This document shows, in pieces, positions 51,953 to 64,000 of a DNA stretch of 64,000 nucleotides (positions are counted from its first letter, which is position 1; each line of letters starts with the position of its first letter). The notes below the pieces were generated by a model. That model saw nothing but the letters and a program-made list of their open reading frames with translations, was not told where the DNA came from and did not search any database. Origin of the DNA: Octopus sinensis (lineage: Eukaryota); the NCBI RefSeq assembly GCF_006345805.1, contig NC_043006.1, positions 22,754,001-22,818,000 of the forward strand, written 5' to 3'. The translations under genes were made by a program, and so were the position numbers.

Positions 51953-53390
51953 CTACAAAGAAATAAGAAATATAAATTAACAGGGATATATCTCTTTTTT
52001 TTTTTGTTTATTTAAATATTTTTAGATATTGAATAAGTCGTTAAGGATAAAATCTGTGGTACCATTCAAATCAATATTGTACGACGCACACACACACACA
52101 TACATACATACATACATACATGTCATCATCATCATTTAACATCTCTGCTCCATGCTAGCATGTGTTGGATGAGTTGACAGGATCCAAAAGGTCAGAGAGC
52201 TGCATCGTGTTCCAATGTCTGCTTTGATAAGGTTTCTACACCTGGTTTCCCTTCTTAATACCAACCACTTTGCAACAAGTATTGGAAATTTTTTTTTTTT
52301 TTTGTGACACCTGCCCTACTGAGGTCATCACGCAGCTTGTGAGGCTATAATCCCCTTTGGTTGAGGAGATTGACAGTGGGGAGAGAAACGTCTTTAGGTT
52401 TGATATTGCATCATCATCATATAACGTCCATTCCCATGCTGGCATGGGTTGGATGGTTTGACTGGAGCCAGTAAGCTGAAGAGCTGCACTAGGATCCACT
52501 GTCTGTTCTGACATAGTTTCTATGACTGGATGCCCTTCCTAACATCAGTCACTCCATGGAGTGTACTGGGTGCTTTTTTTATGTGACACTAGCACTGATA
52601 TCAATTCTACTGTGGTGAACGGGTCTTCATGAGTACAGCTGTATGCTAGATATCTCAGTTCTTGGTTTACTCCTTTGTAAGGCTCAGCGTTTTGAGATCA
52701 GTGTTCAACGCTTCATCCTATATCTTCCTGGGTCTCTCTCATCCACAAGTTCCATCCACTTTCGGTGATTGACACTTCTGTACATACGTACGTACGTACG
52801 TACATACATACATACATACATACGTACATACATACATACATACATACATACATACATACATACAGACAGACAGACAAAATCTTCTGTTGTATCTTAGAAA
52901 GTTCATTATGCCAATAATAAACATGGTTCTATTTCCCTTTTTTTTTTAATCAAAAGGTAACTTTTAAACTAATTAATGAATTGATTGTTTGATTAGTCAT
53001 TTAGTCAATCACTCAATCAGCTAGGTTGGATAAACAATCAGTTACCAATTGACAAATGAATATAAAAGATGTAAAACAGAACCAATGTGTGTGTTTATTA
53101 CTGGCGTAATGACCTTCCTGGCAAGCATGGTTGTGTGATAAGAAGCTTGCTTCACAACTACATGGTTGTGGGTTCAGTTCCACTGTGTAGCACCTGAGGA
53201 AACTGAAAGAAGCCTTGTGTGTGTGTGCTTTTGTCCCCCAGTACTGCTTGACAACCAGTGTTGGTGTGTTTATATCCCCACAACTTAGCAGTTCAGCAAA
53301 AGAGACTAACAGACTAAGTACTAGGCTTAACAAAAATAAGTACTGGGGCTGATCCACTGAATTAAAAATTCTACAAGGTAGTGCCCCAAC

Positions 53391-53628
53391 ATGACTTGAC
53401 TTGAGACAGCATTCACCCGGGGTGGGTTGAGCTGGCTTCATTCTTCCTCAATGCGGCATCTCTCACAAACGCCGACCAGGCCTGGCGATTTGAGGCTAAT
53501 GACCGTGTGATCTCCAACCACTCCTTATTCCAGCGGCGAACACCGTAGATATGGGGGGCCTAGGTTCGGTTCCTGATCAGCCTTGACTGTCATCAGCCAG
53601 GTTTTTCGTTGTCCACCACATCGCTTTC
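53391..53628 (-). mobile_element. RTE-like LINE 3' fragment nested in a decayed SINE-A
   Basis: KRCGGQRKTWLMTVKAD..GP motif and a (CAAGT)n tail. Confidence 0.6.
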
Positions 53629-53758
53629 GCCAACATGGCCACAGTGTAAATGAATGAAACGAGCAAAAGACAAAAGATACAAGTTCACACCCAGAATCTT
53701 GCAAACTAAATGTAAAAAATGAAATATCTGTATAATCAATTAAGCCAAAAAGCCTTAC

Positions 53759-53968
53759 CTTCACACTTGAAAGTCATTTCAGATCTTTCTATGTCTTGCC
53801 TGTTGTACGAGAGCAGCCTGTGAATCCACTTTTCTGATGCCCAATCACCGTTCTGTAGTGTTGAGACAATGTATGTGTGCAGTGTGTAGATTCGTTTCAA
53901 CTGCATTTCCTGGTAATAGTTCGGTTGATTTTCCAGCAAAGCTTCCTGGGTTCTGCTGTCAATGGCAG
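53759..53968 (-). CDS. tim: Timeless exon (phase 1-1)
   Basis: TTTCTTTGACAG acceptor and GTAAGG donor; 210 nt open frame AIDSRTQEALLENQPNYYQEMQLKRIY...SEKWIHRLLSYN...FKCE. Confidence 0.78.
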
Positions 53969-54811
53969 CTGTCAAAGAAATCATTATTAATTAGTAAACG
54001 AAGTTAATTGTGATTGAAGAGAAGATGGTGACAATGGAAGTCAAGAGATAGATAATGAAATAAGTAACATATTGTTATCGTTGTTGTTGTTGGTGTTGTT
54101 GGTGGTGGTGGTGGTGGTGATGATGGAGGTGGTGGCAGTGGTGATCAATCTTTATTGTATGATCAATCTTTATTGCATGATAAAAATCATTCCAGTGATG
54201 ACCAGCTATTTTCCTTTTCTATTTTTGGAAATAGTATCACCAAGCTTTTGGCAAAATTTGATGCAGATTTTCTACTCAACTTTCTCTGTCGTGGTCAATG
54301 TGACAATCACATGCTACACACCTTCCTTCCAAGCATTGCTGTAAACAGTGGAAGTGAGCTAGAACATTAAAATGTAGTGCACATGCACAGCAGAGGTCAA
54401 GGTCAATCTGTGCCAAGCGGCTTCACTCTGTGTGCTTTAGCTTCATTACTATGGCAACAGTCCGGATACTTATTGATCAGATCACATACGTGTCTGTGTT
54501 AACACACCACACACTGAAATGTTAATCTCTATGTGTGCCCTGCTTAAACACTGTAATGTGAATTTGTGTGCCTATGCTAACACACTATACATTGCAATGT
54601 GAATCTTTATATGCACCTATGATAATAAACAACACTGTAATGTGAATCTTTGTTTGCTGATGTTGATGGTGATAATAGATGACGACAACCATGATGATGA
54701 TGACGGGTGATGATGGTCATGATAATGATGATGAATGATAATGGATAACAGAGTATGATGATGGTAGTGATGATGATGATGAGTTTCATGGCAAACAAAA
54801 GAAAAAATTAC

Positions 54812-55012
54812 CATTGTTAAGGGGTCCAATTTCTTCAGCCTTTGACATGAGTTGGTCAATGGTCCAGAACTCTGGAATATGTGGAAAAATCCATCCAGAG
54901 TTACTGCCATTGTAGAAACCGAGGTATTTGAGTAAAGTCTGGAAGTGGCAATCCTCTAAAGCTGTTTCTTGTCTACCGTTGTATGGAATGAGTGGAACAG
55001 GTCGGTTTTGGA
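54812..55012 (-). CDS. tim: Timeless exon (phase 1-1), TIMELESS_C/PAB-like region
   Basis: QNRPVPLIPYNGRQETALEDCHFQTLLKYLGF...FPHIPEFWTIDQLMSKAEEIGPL matches the insect TIM pattern (P[LV]V.WN.EQ..F.LLL.KLG..RIP.[FY]WT...A.KLGP). Confidence 0.92.
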
Positions 55013-55234
55013 CTAAAAAATGTACAAAAGAAGAAAAGGGAGGAGAAAGAGAAAAGGTAGGAGATAATTATATATTAAGGTAAAAGGTTATAAAAAGTTA
55101 CCTATTAACAGAACACAACTAAGGGATTCCCTTAAATTCCCAGTAATTTTCCCAAACATAGGTGGGGAGTCTTTAAACTCACCTCAATGCTAAGATAATA
55201 ATGATGACACTAATGTAAGAATTATGGCTTTTAA

Positions 55235-55456
55235 CCCTTTAGTGTTCGCATTATTCTGCCAAAATTAATCCCTTTTTATCCACATTGCCTTGAACTAATC
55301 AGGCATTAATCTTGTAGCTATGAGATTTTGATGAGGTAGCTGTTAATTTTTAGAATGATATTGTAGGGTTGGTGTGAAAGACCAGATCTGGCCAGTTTGA
55401 ACATAAAACAGGCAGAATACTTTTGGCCGGATATGGCCGGTTTAAATGCTAAAGGG
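55235..55456. mobile_element. piggyBac-like MITE
   Basis: TTAA-CCCTTTAG...CTAAAGGG-TTAA. Confidence 0.8.
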
Positions 55457-56196
55457 TTAAACTTAATTCTCAGCAGGTTTCAAGTAGTCTCATACAGTAC
55501 CTTGGTCAAGTGTCTTCTAATGCTGACCAATGCCTGGTAAATGAATTAGGTTGATAGAAACTGTAGAAGCCTATAATATGTGAGTGTGTTGGGGGTGGGG
55601 TGGAGATGACCATGAGTTTGTGAGTCGGATTCTTGGACCTGGCAGTGCAATGTGTTCTTGAGCAAAACACTTCACCTTGCATTGCTCTGCAATCCTCCTG
55701 ATGACAGGCAATGTTGATTTGATGGAAAGAGTGAGTTCGTGTGCAGTACAAATATTTGATCTCTATAAACAAATCATCTGTGCAAATTATTCAGCATATG
55801 ATGGAATCTATTTTCTGTACTTTTTTAGTGTTAATTGTACCTATGCACCTTCCACACACAAAAACTATATTCCCTGTTAACCTTCCTCTGATATTGCTGC
55901 ACCTCTTATGTGTCCATAGCTAACACCGGGTACATTTTATGGAGTTTCTACCTATGCCTTTTCTACAAATTGAGCATAGGATAAAAGAGATATTTTACAA
56001 AATAGGGAGCATGCTAGAGGGAAAACTTACAGAGGATCAGTAACAGAAGACAATAATAAAGGGTACATTCTAGAGGAAAGAACAGTAAAAGGTGACAGCA
56101 GTAGAAGATAAGACAGAGCATTATTAGAGATGCTATTTCACAGATGATGAGAGAAATATGAGAGAAAGGGAAACCACAAAAGACCATTCTACTTAC

Positions 56197-56253
56197 GGGA
56201 ATAATATAAAGGTATTGGCTCCTCCATTTGGTATTTATCATTTGAAGTTCCAA
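56197..56253 (-). CDS. tim: Timeless small exon (57 nt, phase 1-1)
   Basis: TTTTATAG acceptor and GTAAGT donor; (V)GTSNDKYQMEEPIPLYYS(L), matching the conserved EP[VI] motif. Confidence 0.88.
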
Positions 56254-56896
56254 CTATAAAACATAAAGAAACAATATTATATATTATATGACAATAAGAT
56301 AATGAAATGTAACACAAACTATACTTTATGATAAATACAACAAAAATAAATGTGAAGGTGAGTGGCCTAGTGGTTAGGCTGTTGCACTCACAATTGCTAA
56401 ATCATGGGTTCGATTCTCAGACCAGGCGGCACATTGTGTTCTTGAGCAGAACACTTCATTTCACATTGTTTCAGTCCCCTGTTGGCCTGTTCAACTAGCC
56501 AGTGGGGTGGCATCATTTGATGGCTAAAACAATGCAAAGCGCATTGTGACCTGTGATGTGTAACAGCATCTGATAGTCCAGTCGGTCATGTGATCACATG
56601 ACCACAATATAAATTGAGGAAATATAATGAGTAGCTTATGATAAGATTGCATAGCTTGTACCCATGATAAAACAATGTTTATAACATTCCAAAAATTTGT
56701 TCCTATGTTATGACACAAATGGTAATAAAAAGCATAGCTGTCACTAACAAATGAGTATGATCTGCTAGCATGTACCATACTTTCACTAGTTGTTTTAGGT
56801 GCCTGTCATCATGAACAGATACAGACACCTTCTCAGCAAGAACATCTCACACCTTAATAGGTAGAATACTAACCATATTTGAAAAAGTATACTAAC

Positions 56897-57080
56897 CATA
56901 TTTCACAAAATAAGTCTCCAAGAGAACAGTCTGGAGCCAAAGTAGCTGATAGGACATTTTCTTTTCATGTAGTTTCGCAATACAAAATTGGATGACAGTT
57001 TCATTATTCATGTTCTGAATTTGTTTCTCTAACAAATCTCTTTCTTTATCGTTATTTTTCTCAGAATCAGTGAAATCATC
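56897..57080 (-). CDS. tim: Timeless exon (phase 0-1)
   Basis: CTTTTAG acceptor and GTTAGT donor; ...VIQFCIAKLHEKKMSYQLLWLQTVLLETYFVKY matches TIM LLWLQ..L.E..FVK. Confidence 0.9.
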
Positions 57081-58417
57081 CTAAAAGAACAGTTAAGAAA
57101 TGTCATAAAATTAAAAAAAAGAAAAAACGTTTCATATTAAACAAAATCAAAATATAAATCTATCACTATAATCATATTAATGTTCACTTTTTCCATGTTT
57201 GCATTGTCAAAGGAAGTTCATTGAAGTGGATTTTCAGTGGCCAGAAATCTTTTCTGGTGCCACCCCTCACCATATTTTCAAGAAAACTCCCAGCAAAACA
57301 CGACTGATTTGGTGTTCTACTGCCAGATGTAGCTAGTCATCATCATCATCATCATCATCATTTAGCATCTATTTTCCATGCCGGCACGGGCTAGACAGTT
57401 TGACTGAGATTAATAGGCCAGAGAGCTGTACCAGGTTCCAGTCTGATTTGGTATGGTTTCTATGGCTGGATGCCTTTCCTAATGCCAACCACTCCAAGAG
57501 TGTAGCAGGTGCTTTTTATGTGTCACTGGCACAGGTGCCTTTTTACTTGTCACCAGTCCTGGCTACAACTATGATTTCACTTGACACGTTTTGCCGAGCA
57601 CAGCAAATCGCTGAAGGTCTTCATCACTCATCATTACCTCCACATGACACAACATCTGAAGATCATGCTTCATATTGTGCCATGTCTTCTTGGGTCTACC
57701 TCTTCCACAGGTTCCCTCTACAGTTCTTTATGCTTCATTTCCCCTTTGCTCTAAAAATCTCTGAAAGTTCTGAGACAATCTAAAACATATATCATAATCT
57801 CCTTTTTCTCTTCTCTTATAGATGAATTTCTGTTGATTAGCCCCAGTTTAGCCTTCATTGGAAAGTCCTATTATCAAAGGCATTCCAACCATTCATGACC
57901 ATTCCCTCTTTACTTTAGAGTCTTGGAGGCCAGTAACTTCAATTAAAGAACTGAGTCTGACTATGATGATTCATCCGATCTATGCTAGCATGGAAAGTGG
58001 TCATAAAATGACAATGTTGATAGAGTGCAATTTCTAGGCAGTCAAACTCCCACACTGGTTCTATTAGATGATAATATTAGTTGTGGTGATGATGATATTG
58101 TTGTTGATGTTGATGTTGTTTAGCCCCAGGTCAGCTTATTTGAGTAGATCCATGACCACAAGTTTTTTTTGTTTTTTTTTTATCATTATTATTATTCAGT
58201 TACACAATATATCTATGACAGTACACTCCAAAGTATACTTCCCTTTTTTAAGGCAGTAAGGTTTCATTGCTGTTTCTAGAGAGTCATTTGACTGCATAGA
58301 GGCAAGCTTTCTTGCATAGATGGCAATGACAAGAAAAATAGTGTCTGAGGTGAAAGCAAAAATCAGAAAGAATCACATAATTTAAAAATCAAAAAAAAGA
58401 CAGAGAGCAGAACTTAC

Positions 58418-58535
58418 ATTTAAGTGGATAGCATTAGGACAGACAGCTCCATGGGTTAGGGGTGAAAAATCAGTGTTGGAGCACATAGAAACATCTGATT
58501 TATAGTCATTCATTGAAGCAATATCCAGATCAATA
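58418..58535 (-). CDS. tim: Timeless exon (phase 2-0), linker
   Basis: TTTTGTCTAG acceptor and GTAAGT donor; IDLDIASMNDYKSDVSMCSNTDFSPLTHGAVCPNAIHLN. It supplies the phase change needed between its neighbours. Confidence 0.8.
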
Positions 58536-59416
58536 CTAGACAAAAAAAAATTCAATAATTAGTCACAGAAAACACAAAAGCGGGAAAATATAGTTCTATT
58601 ATAAATTTCCAATATTAACTTTGCTTTCATATCCTAAAAAGTCTTTCATTCTTTTGCTTGCTTCAGTCATTGGATTATAGCCATTCTAGGCACTGCTTTG
58701 AAGAATGTAAGGGTTCTAAGTGACCAAATTAAGACCCTGGTACTTATAATCTATGTCTGGTACTTACGCTATCACTCTCTTTTTGCCAAACAGCTTGTTT
58801 GTATATGCAAACATAAACAAACTAATACCAGCTGTCTAGCAGACAAACACACACACACACACACACTAGTATACATACACAAAATACATGCACAGGCGAG
58901 TACACGCCACACACACATACACAAAGCATATCCAGGCACACAATCATACATGCAGAATTTCAGAATTAATTAATCCATTTGTTTTACATCCATTTTCCCT
59001 TGATAGCATGGGTTAGATGAATACATATTACTGAGGTCAATCACATTAACTAACACTAATCCTCCAAATTTCCAACCTTATGTCTGCCTATGTTAGAAAC
59101 AAAATCAATTAGGCAGATAAGGGAGCTGCTGGCTTTCAGAAGAAGAAGGATTAGCTAAAACCTAAGTACCCTCGCATCACTGAATACTATTAATCTACCT
59201 TTGCATCAACTGAGCTTGAATTAAATACATTCAATTTCCTGACTGCAAAACTTCCATTTTTGCTTCTTCCTCTACAAATAATATATAAACTATTTGTATT
59301 TTGTACACTAATTTTGAATATTTGTTAAAATTATATTTTCCAATAAATATAATTTTCGTACATCATCTTGTGTTTCCAAAGTTAAATCAAAGAACAAAAA
59401 AAGAATATGGACTTAC

Positions 59417-59526
59417 TTCATGTTATTAGCCTCCATGCTAAACAGATATTTTGCACATAAACTGGGATCTTCTGCAGCAGTCACCATAAATTTGTGCATT
59501 ACATATTCCATTACATCACTGGCTTC
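59417..59526 (-). CDS. tim: Timeless exon (phase 0-2)
   Basis: TTTTGCAG acceptor and GTAAGT donor; EASDVMEYVMHKFM.. matches insect TIM SDLIEYVIHKF. Confidence 0.92.
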
Positions 59527-60250
59527 CTGCAAAACAGAAGAAAAGAAAATCACATTATTATTATTCATCGTTTAACGTCCGCTTTTCCATGCTAGCATGG
59601 GTTGGACGGTTCGACCAGGGTCTGGGAAGCCAGGAGGCTGCACCAGGCTCCAGTCTAATCTGGCTGTGTTTCTACAGCTGGATGCCCTTCCTAATGCCAA
59701 CCACTCCGTGAGTGTAGTGGGTGCTTTTTACGTGCCACCAAAAAAAAAAAATACTGCTGCTGCTGCTACTGCTACTGCTACTACTAACTACTAAGGCAGC
59801 AAGCTGTTAGAGTCGATAGCTTGCCAGACAAAATAATGATATTTCTTTTGGTCTTATGTTCTGGGCTCAAATTTCACCAAGGTCAGCTTTGCTTGTCATA
59901 ATTTTGGGATCTATAACATAGATATCAGTTGAGCATTGGGGGTGCAATCTAATCAACTACTGCATCCCCTGAAATTTCAGGCCTTGTGCCCTATATATTA
60001 GAAAGGACTATTATTATGATTACTACTATGGTTGTAAGCTGGCAGAATCAAAACCTTGGAAAAAACATGTTTTGCAATATTTCTTCTGGCTCTTTATGCT
60101 CTGAGTTCAAATCCTCCTGAAGTCAACTTTGCCTTTTATCCTATTGGGGTTGATGAAATAAGTACCAGGCAAGTACTAAGGTCAAAGTAATCGACAACTC
60201 CACTCCTCAATAAACTGCTGGCCTTGAGCCAACATAAAAAGGATTATCAC

Positions 60251-60299
<49 letters not shown>

Positions 60300-60517
60300 T
60301 TAAAGAACAGTATGATGCCAATGCCATATAAAAAGCACCTGTGCCAGCACCACATAAAAAGCACCCTGTACACTCTTTAAAGTGCTTGGTGTTAGGAAGG
60401 GCATCCAGGCATAGAAAGCCATGCCAAAACAGATGACTGGAGTTTGGTGCAGTCCTTTGGCTTACCAGCTCCTGTCAAACTGCCCAACCCATACCAGCAT
60501 GGAAAAGAGATGTTAAG

Positions 60518-60560
<43 letters not shown>

Positions 60561-61200
60561 ATAGATATAGATGTGAATATAAAATACCAGGTTTAGTTGT
60601 CTATTCTTTTTCATATTAACTGCTGAGCCTTAACAAAAGACCTTGGACAAAAAGTACTTTTCTAAGTTTATAAGCTGTTCCCAAGTAGGAAGATGTTTGG
60701 AGCCCTTACATATCGGTTTTGATGTCCAACTGTTCCAGGCAGTCTAACCATTTTTCACAAATGGAACCTAAAGCTCTAATGGTAAATGCTATTACAAGCA
60801 TGTTTTGCTGCTGAGCATCTCCACATTTTTAATACCTCTATTTTTAAATCAGCATTTTCCAAGACCTTTTCTACTTTCTTATGCCCCAGTTTGTGAGCAC
60901 TCTTCCACAAACACTTTTACCTTCTTCATTCTTTGCTCTGAAATAACATTCCATGAAAACTGTATAATCCTCTGAAATCCATTTCTGCTCACTATAGGTC
61001 TTTCCTCGATTAATTGTTTAATGACGACCAAGTACTGCTTGTTCCAGCACAGCACACCTACTGAACGTGACAGTTTCACTTGAGGTCTCACTCTTGCTTA
61101 CGTCATTTATTTTTAACTGGTGTATTGTTTTAAATTTCATTTATCTATGATAATTAGTGGTGATAACTGATGCAGCCACTAGTGTTTTTATTGATATTAA

Positions 61201-61394
61201 CCCTTTAAATTATTCTATCAAATGTAATTCTTGTGTATTCACATGTTTTGAATACATCGTCTCATAGCTTTGAGATTTTTATGAGGTAACAGCAGATTTT
61301 TAGAATGATACTGTAGGGCTGGTTAGGGGCCAAATATGGCCAGTTTGAACATAAAACAAGAAGAATATTTTGGCTGGTTTAAATGGTAAAAGGG
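61201..61394. mobile_element. piggyBac-like MITE (decayed copy of the 55235 family)
   Basis: TTAA-CCCTTT...AAAGGG-TTAA with internal similarity to 55235-55456. Confidence 0.7.
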
Positions 61395-61470
61395 TTAATA
61401 AGATATTAAATTTTTTTTTGGTTTTTGAGAACTACCCATGGCATGGTCCTCAATGAGTGTGGTCAGGTGG

Positions 61471-61556
61471 TATAAATTATGTCCTGTATTCCGAGTTGAA
61501 ATCCCACTAGAATTATAAATTATGTCCTGTATTCCGAGTTGAAATCCCACTAGAAT
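61471..61556. repeat. Perfect 43-bp tandem duplication
   Basis: TATAAATTATGTCCTGTATTCCGAGTTGAAATCCCACTAGAAT occurs twice. Confidence 0.9.
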
Positions 61557-62079
61557 TACTTAATAAGGTGGATTAAATCAACTAAATCCATTCTCAACGA
61601 TTTTTGGCTTTGTTCTAATGTAATATTGTACAGTAGTAGAGATAATACATTGTTTGTTCAAAGAAGCAGAAACTGTCATAATAATGGTAAAGAGGATCTA
61701 TGAGATGAAATAGTATGTCTGTGAGCTTGTAGTGGTAGCAGGTTGATGACTGAATCTTTGAAAATTAGCTAAATAGCCTGTGACCTTCTTAGTGCCAGTG
61801 TCATGGGAAAATGTCCCACCAGTACACTTGAACTATTTAGAGGGCCATCATACGATGAAGGTAAAAAAATTTTCTGGAACTGAAGCCATCTTCAGGATGC
61901 AGCTTGACAATTACAGTACCATGCAACCTGCTTGTCTAAATTAGTGTCATACCACAGAGTGATATATCAGCAAATTTCTGTGAAAACATCCAAACTGACA
62001 GACCAAGGAACTAAGAACTAGGTCAAAGTACTCTATCAGTAGAAAGAATGTCAGTATATATGCTTAAATACCTGAGATA

Positions 62080-62552
62080 TTGAATAGAGTTGAAATTATG
62101 GTCAAGAACTCAGGTTGTGGTCAAAACTCGAGGTTATGACATAAGAGCTGAAGCTTAAGCCAAAAGTTGACCAAGTCATGAGATTATGACCAATAGTTGA
62201 AGTTATGATCAAGAACTGAAGTTATGATCAAGAGTTGAGCATATGACCAATAATTGAGATTATGATCAAAATTTGAGACTATGATCAAGAGTTGAGGTTA
62301 TGATCAAGAGTTGCGGTAATAATCAAGAGTTGAGGCAGTAATCAAGAGTTGAAGTAATAAGCAAGAGTTGAGGCAGTAATCAAGAGTTGAAGTAATAAGC
62401 AAGAGTTGAGGCAGTAATCAAGAGTTGAAGTAATAAGCAAGAGTTGAGGTTGGGATCAAGAGTTAAGCTTATGACCAAGAGTTGACGTTGAAATCTAGAA
62501 TTGAGGTTATGACCAAGAGTTGAGGCTGGCCAAATGTTGAGGCTGTGGCCAT
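62080..62552. repeat. ~19-bp degenerate minisatellite in a timeless intron
   Basis: Consensus close to GAGGTTATGATCAAGAGTT; the centre has three identical dimeric higher-order units. Confidence 0.9.
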
Positions 62553-62677
62553 AACATTCAAAGTAACGGTTTTGAGACTTAGCTTAGGTCAATTCAATTA
62601 CCACAAGAAAGCTGAGATAGAATGGAAAGTATTTCTTAAAGTCATTCCTATGTGAAGAATTCAGTAAACCAACTCAC

Positions 62678-62876
62678 ATTAGAAATAACTTTGTCGTCAT
62701 CACAAAGATCTGTGAATAGTTTTAAAATAGGCATTTGCATCAGAACTTCTGGGCTTTTGCAATCACCAGCAACATGGTGCATCATGGTAAAAATGCTGTC
62801 ATTCACACAGGGACTGTTTTTGTTAAATTTCTCCAGCAAGAAACCATATCGCTGCATCACTTTGATTGTAGAAAAT
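62678..62876 (-). CDS. tim: Timeless (Drosophila-type TIM) exon (phase 2-0); the gene continues beyond the window
   Basis: TTTTCAG acceptor and GTGAGT donor; FSTIKVMQRYGFLLEKFNKNSPCVNDSIFTMMHHVAGDC..LMQMPILKLF matches insect TIM YGLLLE.F..N.EFVNDCIFTMMHH..GDL..LFQP.ILK. Confidence 0.95.
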
Positions 62877-63109
62877 CTGAAAACATACAAAAATTTGATT
62901 AAATAAGTGTTTTTCTCTTTATTTTTTAATTGTTTGCTTTGCAATTTTTTTTTTTTTACATAGAAAAAAATAAAGCTGAAAATATTAAGAAGTGAGAGTA
63001 AAATATTAGCTAGTAGTAGATTATGTTGTAGATTAATTGTTGATTGATTGATTGATTGATAGATTAGATAACTGATAAATCATTCTTTATTGATAAGCAC
63101 TGACACAAC

Positions 63110-63600
63110 AGAGAGTATTAGGGAGAGAGAGAGAGAGGGAAGGGGACAGGCAGAGGGAAAGCTAAACTGACAGGTAGAATGAAGAATAGACAGATTGGCA
63201 GACAAATAGATAGACAGAGACACACAGACAGACAAAGGGATAGACAGATTGAGGGGTAGACAGGCAGATAGACAAACAGAGGAATAAATGGATATAGGGA
63301 GGGAAAGATGGATATAAGGAGGGATAGACAGAGGGAAGGATAGACTGAGGGGCAGACAGGCAGAGAGACAGAGGGACAGACCAGGGAAAGAACAGACTGA
63401 GGGGCAGATAGGCAGAGAGACAAACAGAGGGACAGATGGATATAGGGAGGGGGCAGACAGAGGGAAGGACAGACTGAGGGGCAGACAGGCAGATAGACAA
63501 ACAGAGGGACAGATTGATACAGGGAAGGATAGACAGAGGGAAGGACAGATAGACAAACAAACACAGTGAGAGAAAGACAGTCAGACAGAGAAAGCAGAAT
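63110..63600. repeat. Purine-rich GACA/GAGG low-complexity array
   Basis: Recurrent AGACTGAGGGGCAGACAGGCAGA blocks; gives spurious S/L/P/C-rich minus-strand ORFs. Confidence 0.9.
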
Positions 63601-64000
63601 GAGCAAATGCATCTACAATCTGCTGGGTATGTGTTGTGGTGGAGACCCCCCAGGTAAGAAGTGGGCTGGTCTATTACTAATAAATAGCGGACAGACTCCA
63701 TAAGTAGGGTCAATCAGCAAGGTACGCTGTTTGGGTCAGTCACACAGACAACGAAATACGTTGTCATAATGCGGGACATATCACTATGAAGTCTGAATCT
63801 ACCATTATAAATTAACAGCAGTTGCATTAATGAGATTAATTGCTAATAGCAGGATTAACTGAAGGCTATGTCAGCTTCAGTCAGTAATAATAACTTGACG
63901 TCATATAAAAGTACTGATAGATTAAGTACTTAAAATCTCTCTCTCTCTCCCTTTCTCTCTTTGCCCCACCGGTTCCTCCCTCTCCTCTCTTTTTGAAATG

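Noticed and set aside
60700-61100. Possible extra timeless exon (70-aa minus ORF)
   Set aside because: The flanking exons already join contiguous TIM motifs in phase; this looks like decayed transposon sequence.
63080-63713. 158-183 aa S/L/P/C-rich minus ORFs
   Set aside because: Low-complexity intronic array lacking stop codons because of its composition.

Overview
Eukaryotic, AT-rich, microsatellite- and SINE-dense animal DNA. The tRNA-derived SINEs and general repeat landscape suggest an octopod cephalopod (inference). Almost all ORFs in the supplied track are microsatellite or SINE noise. Manual exon assembly gives two convergent spliced genes. (1) A metazoan beta-class carbonic anhydrase on +: three phase-0 coding exons at 13406-13630, 19630-19854 and 23568-23774; the N-terminal exon was not found. 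(2) The 3' part of a Drosophila-type timeless gene on -: nine phase-consistent exons from 62876 down to the stop at 50853; the 5' part lies beyond the window. The rest is transposon-derived: Tc1/mariner relics, RTE- and CR1-like LINEs, Helitrons, piggyBac-like and Mutator-like MITEs, several SINE families, and Penelope-like ends with decayed hammerhead ribozymes. I did not find a convincing new multi-gene system. The best leads are a Helitron flanked by a 190-bp duplication, a duplicated splice donor and an apparently shortened central region in timeless, a locally templated inverted LINE copy next to the CA catalytic exon, four fossil hammerheads, and a LINE inserted into another LINE at the equivalent RT motif.
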